A stretch of 63,991 nucleotides of DNA, filler included, from Polymyxa betae A26-41 (Eukaryota > Protista > Endomyxa: Phytomyxea), in NCBI GenBank assembly GCA_003693705.1. It is 7 parts of 7 records of this genome, joined end to end, with 100 filler letters (N's around TTAATTAATTAA, not from the genome) between each part and the next. Parts side by side here need not be neighbours in the genome. Positions count along the whole stretch, not along the records: positions 1 to 25,453 come from RBZT01000075.1; 6 more parts are not named here. One strand, given 5' to 3'. Of the stretch, positions 1 to 11,947 are shown piece after piece. The translations under genes and the position numbers were made by a program. The notes beneath the pieces are model-generated. The model was given only the letters and a program-made list of their open reading frames with translations. It searched no databases and was not told the DNA's origin. Numbering within the stretch: position 1 is the stretch's first letter; every line of letters starts with the position of its first letter.

Positions 1-347
1 CATATCTGAGCTCTGGACAGCCATTGGAAAGTTTACTGCCAATGCCGACATGCATCTGTTTTCTCGCAAAGACATACGCCTTCATGAGCATTTAAGCAAT
101 CTGGGCCATCTGAAACACAAATGTTTCCGATTTCATAGATGCACTCTTGTATGTAGCAAGACGAGAAGCTCTGCTAAACTTCGCTCAAATCGCAACCATT
201 ATTTCTCACGTTTGGTCACCATGAGATGCCCCATTGGTGGGCTCATTCATCGTTAGGGTTTAGGGTTTGATCACTCGCGTCGTATCGCAGAGTGCGTCGT
301 TGTGAAGTCGCGATCGCGCGTCTTCATCGGTTTCGGGATCCGTCGCC

Positions 348-1401
348 ATGTCTGCTGTCTCGCCCAACAACCTCAATGACCCGAACCGGGGCGCCGCCGT
401 CCAGGCCCAGATCCGCGCCTATCTGGAGGCGCGTTTCTCTCGCGACCCGAATCCCAACCCGGCCGCTATCCAGATGATGGCTGTAAGCTCGCAATCGATC
501 TCGTCTGCTCGCTAGCTGTGAACATTCTGTACAGAATCAATGTGGTCAGACGAAAGAGGCGATCAGCGTCTGGTTTTCGGCGAGAAGTAAGCAGAGCTTT
601 CGCTTGCTTGATAGCTGGTCATGAGATTGTTCAGGGAATCTTCGAATGCCGTCTTCAGAGGGGTCCGTTAAGCCTCCTGCTGAAAAGGTTATTGTTAACA
701 GAATCCAATAATTCGGTTATGAACCGGTCTCTCCCAGCAGATCGACGTCTCGAGCCCATTCGGGCTTATTAGTCTCAAGATCGGCGATTGGCAGCATAAT
801 GCCCAATACAGAGGCGAGGTCGCCGGTCAGTTCGATTTCGAAGTACGTTGCTCGTTATGGCAGCATGAAATCATCTTTTTTGATTCCGATATCAAGCGCC
901 AGAAGATCATCTGGATGGTCCTGACGGAAGGCATCGCTCAGCGTATGGAAATGTCGTTCGATTCGGTCGTTGGCCTGGAACTATCTGCAACGTTGGATTG
1001 CTTCTACCTCTGTTGCAATCGTCGTCTTGCTGAGGCGTGATACAGATCAAGGACAACGGCAAGAATCATCTTTCGGTTCGCGACAGGTCCTGTCTTCTCG
1101 GAAGAAGTCGAGCCGTCCGTTAACAAGCCGACCGTCTGGAAGGCGATCCCCGACTTTTCTAGCGGCCGTATTGCCAGTGTAAATTTCACACATATCTTAA
1201 TCGCGACGAAAACTGAAGTGGAATTCCATCTGCGCACGTTATTGCAGTTCTCGCCTTCTATCAAAGTTGACTTCATCATTGATTTGTATGTATCGTCTCT
1301 AACCCATTCCGCTTCAGGCGATGGTCAGCCAGGGCATGAATCGACAACCGCAACCGGCGCCGGTGCCGTCATCCGCAGATTCCATGAATACATCAACATG
1401 A
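348..1401 (+). CDS. Homeodomain protein with C-terminal TRF2/HOY1-type PH-like domain (multi-exon)
   Basis: Hand splicing gives RAYLEARFSRDPNPNPAAIQMMA|NQCGQTKEAISVWFSARR (homeodomain helices 1-3), then SLKIGDWQH..KRQKIIWMVL..RMEMSFDSV..PVFSEE..TVWKAIPDFSSGRIAS..THIL, matching the HOY1/Phx1-type PH-like motif pattern. GTAAGC donors; stop TGA at 1399-1401. Confidence 0.75.
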
Positions 1402-1448
1402 TTATTATTTAATGAATTTCCGATATAACCAGGTGATTAAAGTTCGGT

Positions 1449-3750
1449 TTATCTGCCTACCTGGGCAGAAACCCTGAGGACCGGCGCCAGCAGCGCCCCA
1501 ACTTCGAAATTCTTGTTGACAGCTCGGAACATACTGCTGAGGAAGGGCCGGAATCGAGGGCGGTTGTCTTCTGGAGCATATAGATCGGCCAGGATCTGTG
1601 ACGCTGTACGCCGGATTACAACATCGTTGACATCGCCATCTCAACAGCAAATATTCAGCTCATGAACTTGGATAATGAGTGCAATTAGATTCCAACCTCG
1701 GGCCGGTCGTAGAAGGACTTCGACAAGGCGGTCAATTATGCTAGTATGAGCCACAATACGAATAGCGAATGTGACGCCTCCTACAGCGGTAAGCTTTGCA
1801 AGCGTTTCAAGAGCTGCGATCAGAACATCGTCGCAATCGGGATAACACAGCAGTGACACTACCAAATGGAATACCTAGAGCACGTTTGTAAGTTAAAACC
1901 CACTTGAAAGAGTAATTTTGGTCGAAGAACCTCAATATGCATTTGAGTAGTAAGCGGGCCATGGTTGACTGTGTTTAAGCACAGCGTGCCAACCATTTCA
2001 AGAGCACGAATAACGATCCGTGGCTCCTGGACGCTCTGAAGTGATTTATGGAGCCAGCGCGATAGGTTGGTGAAGTTCAGTTTGGATACATCCAAATACT
2101 GAGCAATTAACAGCAATACATCCCCAGCTATGTCATCTGAAGAAAAATGAGCATAAGAAACGCATTGTAAAAGCCAGAACTGACGTTGAAAGACGTTATC
2201 AAGCAGATCGCCAGCACACGAATGGTGTTGGGCTATTCTAGGCTGATTGGCAGCCACATATGATAAATTCTTGATAATCACCAGCAATACACCAGTGATA
2301 TCAGGGAACAAAACATTATGCGAAATTGTTTGATGATTAGTTGTATAATGAGCTACATTAGGCAGGGACGAGCGGGACCCCAATACTGATAAATCAATAA
2401 CCAAGAGTTGGCGCTCTAGCAAGGCGACGAGAATTTCCAACTGTAGAGAAGATTATAGATCAGAAATACAAGTATAAAAAATCTCATACAAGAGCAGGAT
2501 AATCAGCTAGTAAAATTGGACGGTTTTGATTGTACGAGATTAACAGAAGGTGGTTGAGAGCCCAGCACACACAAGAACAAAGTCTCGATCGAAGAGAAAA
2601 CAGGATTGCTGCCATTCCTGAAATCCGGCCTTGAGTTAAGTAGACAATACAATCGCCGACAATCTATACCTGGCTGACGGTAATGATTGCTAGAAAAGTT
2701 CGATGGGGTAAACGGTGATATCGGCAGCGTCAGCATTGGATGAACGGGGACGTTCGGTATGTTGGATTTCTCTTCAGCCTTAGAAACCATCAGACATCTG
2801 AACTTTGCCGGTTAGGTTTGCAACTTTACCTGACCAAATTGATATTGTAGCTCAAATTCCAATAGCAAGGTGAAGTAGCCAATTCGTAAGATCATGACGG
2901 CAGCTTTATCAGTTGGAGTGCAAACAGAATCGAGACCTTGACGATTAACAACTGTATCCCACAGCTGTCGTTCGGAGACATGCTCGAACCCGCCTAGAGA
3001 CACCACCGACCGATACAAATTGAACAAATCTGAACTTCCGCATTAACCACTGGCTAAGGGAAAAGGATAAACAAATCAAAAAGTCAAAAGTAACCTCGTA
3101 AAAACCAGGAATGCATCACCAATTTTTTGTCTAGCGAAAGATGGCATTTGAACATGGAGATTGTCGGGCGAGAACGCTCTCCAGGCGTCTAGGAAGTTTC
3201 GTTTTTGCTCGGATTCGTTAGAGCCAAAAGGGCCCAGATGCCGAAGAAATTTCGGTGGGCGAACGCCAACAGAAGCCATGGCTTGCTTCATATCATGTCG
3301 AGTCGACAACCACGACGACACATCTACACATCGATAGATAAGCGTTGTTAAACAGCAAATTTTGGAGGCTAAATTTACCAGCAGCATGATGAAGGCATTC
3401 TCTAAGTTGACCACGAATTAAATCGCTGATTGTAGTGCATTGGATACGTTCGGCAGATGAAGCATCTTCTTCCTTCCATTGAACTTGAAGGATTTTAACT
3501 AAATCGGCAACCTAAGACTACAATTATTTCCCATTGTAGGCTAAGTAATTATAACACCTTGGCTTGTGGATTCTGCTTCTGAAGATTCGGCAGCTGTCGT
3601 TGCCGATAGATAAGAAATGGGGTCGGCGAGTACTTCCTAAGCAGCCCTGTTCCAGAACGACATCAGCCCAGGCGATGGCATAACGAATCGTCTCCGACGA
3701 GATACGCCCAAGCCCGTATCCTGGGTCTCGAGTATGGGATCTTCCTCCAT
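1449..3750 (-). CDS. HMG-box + ARID + armadillo-like chromatin protein (SWI/SNF ARID-subunit-like), multi-exon
   Basis: ARID: FLDAWRAF..MPSFARQKI|DLFNLYRSVVSLGGFEHVSERQLWDTV..LRIGYFTLLLEFE. Upstream spliced exons give PTPFLIYRQRQLPNLQKQNPQAK|VADLVKILQVQWKEE (HMG box). Downstream Leu-rich helical exons (AALETLAKL..IIDRLVEVLL). Ends approximate. Confidence 0.7.
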
Positions 3751-4124
3751 GGCGCGGTGCCTTCCAGCTAACTTCCAATTTGCAGCGCGGACGACAATAA
3801 CACGGATCAAATTTTTTCTTTATAATGGCGCATCCGCCGTCCCAGACCAAAAAGCTTCCTTTCACTCCATCCATCACGATATGAATGACTTTTTATGAAG
3901 CAAGAAGCATCATATCTAATGCATTCAAAGGGAGATGACCACTAGAAGGTGTCACACTGCTGAGTTCGAGTTGCGTCGACTGAGCAAATGTCCTCCTTTA
4001 CTTGTGATACGACAGTGGTCAGTGGTTATCGTTACGTCCAAGTCACCTTTGGTCAGGGTGATGGGATGAATGAGACGGCCCCACCAGCCCTGATTAAAGC
4101 CTTAGATGTTACACTTGTTCGTCT

Positions 4125-7100
4125 ATGGATCAGACGACTATTCCGACTCCATATTGTCTTACTCCTGGAAATGTCACCACTGTCGATCCAGCCGACGGCT
4201 GCCAGGGGGGCGACGTCCAAGAGCTGTCCCGGCTCCAGCTTCTAAACGAATGGATCCGCAATGAATCGGAAGTTTGGGCTTTTTTATTGAAGGAGGCGGT
4301 CTGCTTATTTGCTGCTCCATAGTTTGTGGCCTGCTTAGATTCCATCGACCAGATGATCGCCTCCCCGATTCTTGATCGTGTTTATATGGATCCGAGCTGC
4401 ATCGACGCTTTACCTGGGGTGCCCATATTTCTCTCAACCGCGAAAATACTCAAAAGCGCTCATTCGTGTATGCTTCAGCAGCTGGAGCAGGTCTCAAGAT
4501 CATGGTGTGAGCGCTCTTCAACGGTTGGCGATGTTATTGCTCACCACATCGGTATCATACGAATTTTGCTACACGGGTACTCATGCGGTATCGGCATCGT
4601 TGCAGCTGCGATTCGTCGAAGCACTAATCGAAATGAAACTCCATTTCTGCCAGTTCTGTCAGAAGTCGATCTGAGAGAAGAATCATTGAGAACTTTGTCG
4701 AATCCCTTAACCCGACTGCCCTATTATGAATATATATTGAGGCGATTTTTGGACAGAACGAACTTGGACCATGCTGATAACGGTCTGTTATCGCGAGCAA
4801 TCAAGTTCGTTCGAAGTGCCTCCAAGCATATTGCTAATGCTAACGAGATTTGTCGGCAGCACCAATCTGCTCGCGCTTTGGAAGAAACTCTGGATTTAAA
4901 TCTGGTCGAAAGCAATCGTATTCTTCTGCTGCAAGGAGAGCTTACTTGTTCCTTCAGTGATCACGATTGCCTAAGCGCTTTCGAGCCTAAGAAGTCGTTA
5001 TCAAAGCTCTTTCCAGGGAAGCAGCGCCCTTTTCTGTCGGGTGAATTACGTGAACACCCAGTGTTCGTTGTCCTTTTTAATGACGTCATGATTCTCTCAA
5101 GAAAACTTCCGGATGGGAGCCAGTCTGCATTTGATGTGATTCCTCTGCGATCCTGTTCCATCAACGTATCGGAGAATCTCCGACAAAAGATTTTGAACGT
5201 GAAATGTTGTGATGGTCGGGTTTATCATTTTCACAGCATGCAACTTGGGGAATCTTTTCGATGGATGGAATCTGTGCTCAAAGCGTACACCGAAGCTATC
5301 ACAAAGACAAATGACGGCGATGAGTTTCGCACCCAAATTGTATATCGGAACGAATATTGCCAGCTGCGGATCGCTCAACAATCTGTTATCATCACAGGCT
5401 TCGAGAACGAACGGCATGAACGCGCCCATTTAGATGTTCATCATATCAGGCTGTTCTCAGATCCAAGTGATGACTGTATTATCCAGTTTTCATCTGCAAC
5501 AAAGCATATCATCGTCTTCGCCCAATCTGCTAAAGATGCTCAGCGAATCACTCAATACGTCAAAATGGAGCAATTTCGAATTCGTTCCTTGTTGCCGGCA
5601 CTGTCCACCTGCTGTGAACGCTCGAAGTCACACTCAATCCAAGTTAATTATGAAAGCTGCTCATTATGCAACTCTTATATCGCTTGCTCTTCGTGCCTGA
5701 CTGCGGCCACGCTTCTAAGCATCGGGGGTAAACCCAGATCGGTCGTTTGCCAAATTTGTCGGAAGGTGTATTTTCAGAATATTATCGGATGTCCCGTTCC
5801 TGATATCAAGGACAATTCTGAGGAGGATCGAAATTGGGTCAACGTTGAACCTTTAAAAAGTGAAGTTGGCTTTCGTGAGGCACGAAGAATTCGTCATAAT
5901 CGCCGATTTGGTATCACGCGTCTTGCAGATCTCGATGTGAGATCAGCGATCCGGATCCCTCGATTGGAGCCTGATGGGTGCATTTCAACCCCCTTGTTGA
6001 GGCTTCGAGACGAACTTTGTAAACCACCATCCGAGTTGCCGATTCCAACTGTTGATGTGCCGCGAGTTCAATGTGCCTCATGCCTGGAATTCAAATCTGT
6101 CAATAATGAGAACCGTTTTTGCGGTGTTTGCGGTCATGACGAGAATCTCGTCAATGATCGGCTCGCCTTTTTATTCTATTTTCATGACACTGAGAAGGCA
6201 CTGGTAAAGCAGCAAATAGCCCTGTTCAATACTTTCTTATCCGAGGTTTCCGCTGATATCTACGAACCTGCACAGATGAGTCAATTTATCTATCGCCCGC
6301 CGAATATGGCTTCAACAATTCGCTTTGACACGAAACCAAATTCAGCTGCTAACAATCTTTCGTTTATGTTGGAAGGGAAATTTAATGCAAAATTATCGTG
6401 CCGTCAAATTCCCTGCCGAAATTGGATGAATTCTGGCGCTGCTTCTTTTTGTGTATCGCTTCGAATAATTCTGGATTTTTATATGTTGATGTTAGGCGAG
6501 CTAGAAGATCACCTACACAAATGGAACTCGAATAGCCGTTTAGCCGAAATGCTAATGCGCTATTTCCCTCAGATTCTGGCAATTTTTCGTGTATTTATCT
6601 GCAATTACTATGAGGCCTTGGAGAGATTCTCGTCAAGATCCTGGAAATTCTTGTTCTTTTACTTGCAGCTTCATTATAACTTATCGGTGTCTGTGTTGGA
6701 TATGATTTTGATGACTTTCGATCGTATACGATCTTTCTATTTAATTCTTTACAAAGAGAATATGACTGAGGGTGGCTGTTATCATGACCAGCTGCAGCAG
6801 CTTTCTGGCGGCCTGGCTTTATTGATCAATCGCGTACATGATCGTAATATTTCAATTCGAATGGCTCGCCTATTACTGTTACCTGTAGCCAGTTACTCCT
6901 CAGAGCGTTTCCTTTATAACTTTGTAATTCAGACTATCATTCCGGGTGAACGAGCAGCGTAAGTACGCTCCATGTTTCATGAAACTCGAAATAATTTTTG
7001 TGAGTGTCTATAGGCACAGTTTGCTTGTTCTTACAAATGATGTCTGTATTCTAGCACATCATAAAAACGGCGAGGATCAAAAGCTCTCTGTGTATACGTG

Positions 7101-7524
7101 CCGCAGATCAACCTGCGATTTCACCGAGACCTTTGCAGAAATGGAAAATTTTGGATTGAAGGTTCTAGCAATTAAATCTATCTTCTATGAGGGGCCAAGC
7201 AAACAACAGAATGTTTTTCTTTTTGGAAAGAAACCGTCAGAAACGCATGCCATGCTGCGGACGCTGCTATCGTGGAAAAACGCTCCTCCAAAGAATCTGC
7301 CATCTGTGACAATTCACTCGCCCAGGTTTAAATCGGGCAAATCTTCACTGCATTGTTATGCAATACCGCTGCATTTTAGTCCAAAAGAGTTTTCGGAAAA
7401 AAATTCTATGCGAAGGCAATGTCCAGGTTGTGGAAGAATCTGCGCATCTGCGTTCTGCTCGTCGTGCGGCACTCGAACAAACCAAATTATCGCCTCCACG
7501 AAAGGGAACTATGCTGTGTTCTGA
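4125..7524 (+). CDS. RhoGEF (DH-PH) protein with Cys-rich FYVE-like zinc finger and a second DH-PH module
   Basis: NEWIRNESE|FVACLDSID (DH CR1); PLTRLPYYEYILRRFL..DHAD (DH CR3); RILLLQGEL..VVLFNDVMIL (PH); CSLC..CSSC..VCQIC; second DH-like region (DTEKALVKQ) and PH (LVLTNDVCIL). Confidence 0.8.
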
Positions 7525-7598
7525 GTTCCGGCTGAGAAAAACGGGCTTTACAGTTGTGAAAAAGGCTATATTACAGTACAGCAATGTGCTTAATATGC

Positions 7599-8734
7599 TT
7601 AATAATTAACTACAGTTTTAATGGCTTCCAAACACTTTTCTGCATTGGGTACATAAAGAGGCTCATACGCTAAGGGGAACGGCGTATCATAGCCGCATAC
7701 CCTCATGACGGGGGCTTCCAGAGATAGGAAGCATTTCTGTTGTATGGTTGCAGCAATCTCTGCAGCAAATCCGCCAGTAATAGGCGCTTCGTGACTAACC
7801 ACACATCTACCAGTTTTCTTGACAGATTCCAGGACAGTTTCTATATCCCAAGGCAAGATCGTCTGTAGGTCGATCAACTCGCATGAGATTCCTATTTCTT
7901 TGGCCTTATTACAGGCAGCAGCTAAAATACGCATCTGTGCCCCATAGCCGACGACGGTGACATCCGTTCCAGGTGCTAAAATTTCAGCTCGGGATAGCGG
8001 CAAGACATAATCACCAACAGGAACTTCTTCAACGGCGGCACGGTACAGAGCTTTTGGCTCGAAGAATATAACAGGATTCGGGTCGCGGATGGATGCCAGC
8101 AAAAGCCCTTTGGCCTGTTTTGGTCCCCGAGGAATGACAACTTTCAATCCTGGCGTGTGGGCGAAATATGCCTCCGGGGATTGAGAATGATAATGTCCAC
8201 CATGGCCAACAGCGCCGTATGGCGAACGAATCGTCAACAGGCCACAGTCGAACTGGTTTCCAGATCGATACCGATACTTGGCTGCTTCGTTGACAATCTG
8301 ATGCAAAAAAGGTCATTGCACGAAGAGGCATCCGTTAATCAATATTACTTGGTCGAAAGCAGGAAAGATGTAATCTGCGAATTGCATCTCTGCAATGGCC
8401 GTATGTCCATTGGAAGCTAAACCGATAGCAAATCCTGCAATCCCCTGCTCACTCAGCGGAGTGTTAAAGACACGATCTGGGCCAAATTTCTCCCTGTTTT
8501 GGAGAAGTTAATACAAAAGCGATCGAATGACGATCGCGAATCATACAGAAGCCCCATCGAGCACCGAAACACACCACCGAAAGCGACATCCTCTCCAAAT
8601 AACAACGCTGTCTTGTCCGTCTCCAAAGCGATCCTCATGGCATCGTTTAATGCTGTGAACAGATTCATGGATTGCGTCGAGGGTGCGACGGCAGCCGCCG
8701 TCGCCAACCTGCTGGTAATCGTCCTGGGTAGCAT
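7599..8734 (-). CDS. BCKDHB: Branched-chain 2-oxoacid dehydrogenase E1 beta subunit, mitochondrial
   Basis: [78 protein letters not shown]. Two introns; short Arg/Ala-rich presequence. Confidence 0.97.
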
Positions 8735-9341
8735 CACAACCAATAGAGCGATCAAACAAGACAATGACAGAGACGAGACTGCCTTAGCAGGTGACTCTAT
8801 ACAGTTGTAGAGTGCGTTGCAGTTAGTGACCCTCTTAGGGTCTCGAATAAGTTGTTCCTCAGTACGCGTGAGACGCGATCCGTAAGATCAAATTACAGCA
8901 GGACGCGTGGTTCGCGTTCTTTCATTTCACCTATCCATACAAGATGATAGAAGCTGTGCTTAGGCGAGTTGTGGCGCCCAAGCTCATAACTGGTGCAAAA
9001 TTTTTTAATCATACATGCGATCACCTTATCACCAGCATGAGTTGATAAAGCCCAGGTTATACACAACGAACGAATTCGGACGAACGTATTCAAAGGAGCT
9101 CTAAATGAAGAATTGTAGCTGGGATTTTTGGAGAATAGCTCCATATTTCTAACGAAGCACATAAACCTAATTCTCTTTTGCGATTATAAAATGTTTTATT
9201 CAAACATAATAGCGTCTTCTCCGCCTTGATTATGTACGCCAAATACGGCTGAGCGAACCGTCGGGTGATGGGGTGGCGTGTCGGGGGCTCGGGGCCAGGC
9301 GGCTGCGCTGGGCCTTCAACTGTCTCTACTCAGTACTCTCT

Positions 9342-10816
9342 ATGTCAGATCTGGATTTGTCTCTCTATCAATCAGAACAGATAGCCGCGATCCATGATTC
9401 ATGTCTAGCACGTCAACATGCTCGTATCGAAACCGGGACTGGCATGTTCCTGGCTGCAGGCGCTGCGGTCCGTGTTGGCCAGGAAAAACCGGCTCCGTTG
9501 GTCACCCAACCCACCGGAGTGGATAAACGATTGACGCTGTCTGCTAGGCGATTGGCAAATGTTGGCTTTGTATTGGGGCATGGAGATCTGGACATCGGTT
9601 GTAAATCTTGCGAATCCCAACTCGTATTTATATTATCTGTTTTATGGCGCCGACTCGGGCTTTACCGGTACTCTTTCGTTGAAGTTAATTTCCTGAAATT
9701 CACCACCTATGCAGGTGCACTCTGCTTTTGCTTCTTTCTCATTGCTTCCAATGTCCTTTACCTGTATGTCTGGCTGGCCGATCCTGGGTACGTAATCGTG
9801 TCGCTAGATAAAGAGCTATCTGTGTCTCCAGAGCATTCATCAGAACCTGACTCTCCAGGTATTTCCTTTTGAGTTTTTCTTCAAAGCTACGGGCTAGATT
9901 TGATTTTTTTTTGGTTCGTATTGCTACAGGTGGTGCTGAGACCTCTGCACGTAGCCTGATCTTAGATCAGGAGCTCATACTACAAATTTCGAAACCTTTC
10001 CGCCTAATGATTTGAGAGCTAAAACTTTTTTTTCCTTTGGCGATACGAAACCCATCCCATAACTCAATTATCTTACAGAGAAGCTTTCGGATAAACCGAA
10101 TGTCGCCACAGAGATGGCGGTTCTTCTAAAAAGGTCGTCGGTCCCAGCGGCTCAGCAACTATCTATCGATGTCGAAGACCAACACCCATCGACTCCCGCC
10201 TCCACCTCCGACGATTCCAACTATTGCTTCCTCTGCGACCACACGATCGTTAGTCAGCCACATGACTACTGCTCTCGCTTTGATTCTTGTTTCCTAGCCG
10301 CCTCGAGCCAATCATTGCCGCCATTGCGATCGATGCGTCGCCAAATTCGATCATCATTGCCCGTTCTTGAACAACTGTGTCGGTGCCAGGACGCATAGCG
10401 CCTTCACTGCCTTCTGTTTCTGCCAGAGCGTTGTCATGACATTTGCCCTGATTAGCGTCCGTAATTTTTGGACATTGGTGGAACAAGGCCTCCTAACTGG
10501 TTTCAGATAGTCGGTGGCAATGATCAATTTGTTTGGAGAGGGCAGCGATGCATTCATGAACTGCCTCTATGTGGTGACAGCGATGGGCAGCGGATTCTTG
10601 CTAATGACGGCGGCCTTCCTTTGCATCGGTCATATTGTTCTCACCGCCAAGAACAAGACCACTTGGGAGTATATAGTCTCGATGCGAATTCGGCAGCAGA
10701 AATGGAGAGGCAATGCTGTGCGGTATTTGCCGCCCAGTAATTACGACCAAGGCCTCTTCAAGAACATCACCGAAGATTGTTCCAGTGTACCACGTCCTGT
10801 ATTCGCGTGTTTTTGA
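9342..10816 (+). CDS. DHHC palmitoyltransferase (multi-exon, start uncertain)
   Basis: Spliced exons read [35 protein letters not shown], with ADPG after TM2, KNKTTWEY (TTxE) and NYDQGLFKN (PaCCT). Confidence 0.92.
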
Positions 10817-11947
10817 TAATTTGCTTCGATTGTGTTAAATTTCTGTAGGAGTTTCTGTTCGCCACCAGAAGGGTGCGGCATAATGCAGCCTGGGATGGGA
10901 CTGATGACGTGGAGATCGACACGTTTGATGCTGAACTGGACAGCATACAGCCCCTCACTGTCCACGGGCTGTCAGGCGAATGACAACGCTGCCCTTCCGG
11001 ACTACGGGATCTATGCAGGTTTCCTTTCTTTATATTCTAAGCCTTTTAAAAATGGTTATTCACTGTTCAACTCAACTTGCAATTTGGCGACTTTGTCGGC
11101 TTGGATTGGGCAGTTCGCTCTGTCGTAGGGTTAATCGAACGATAATTGGAGGCAGTCGTCAAGCTGCCCGAAGTCTATCTCTTGATACATCCCGCCGTGC
11201 TGATCTTGGGCGATTCCGTCACGATCGATAAAACCCTTCTCAGCTCCAGGAATACGACATCGGTCTCGAAATTTCCGCTGGAAGATAACGATTGTAGAAT
11301 GGCTTAGCACTTTATGCATGACTCCCGGGGATCGTATCAACTAGAAAACGGATCCGTAGAGTCTTGTCATTTTCTACTGAGCTCTGAACTATTTTGGTTA
11401 TGGTACAGCATGATACCACGACCGAGATGAGTCCGCAACTTCCACACCAACACGCTCTCACTTTGTGAAAATGTCTGAAAGAAACTGTCTCAAAGATTTA
11501 TGGACAGAACGTGTGTTTTCAGAGCGAACATGTGTCCAGAGAATCCTTTCGCCAGCACGGAGATACGTCATGATGAGGCCAAAACGTGAGATACCTGGAA
11601 AGGGCAAGTTGGAGCAGAAGCCATTTTCGAACGAAATTCTCATCGCACCGCTGCCAAGTATTCAACGTCAGTATCTGATGTTAGACAGCGGTTCGCCCTT
11701 CCAATTCTCGCCATCACATGCCTCCGCCATACAACGTCTGGCCCTTCTAACAGAATGACTGATGTCACGTTACTTAACGTCTCATGCTCTAATACACAAG
11801 CTTTTGTCTCCAGCTGCCTGGTTGCTGTGATGAGGGCATCCCTTTCACAGACATTCGCTCTCATTTGCTATTCAACATTGCAATAGCAACGTCTCTAATA
11901 GGGTGCGCAGTGCGTATCGTCGTTGTTCAGCCGGGGGCGTCTCTTCG

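Noticed and set aside
10770-11864. Possible minus-strand multi-exon gene
   Set aside because: Could not build a consistent spliced frame or find any motif.
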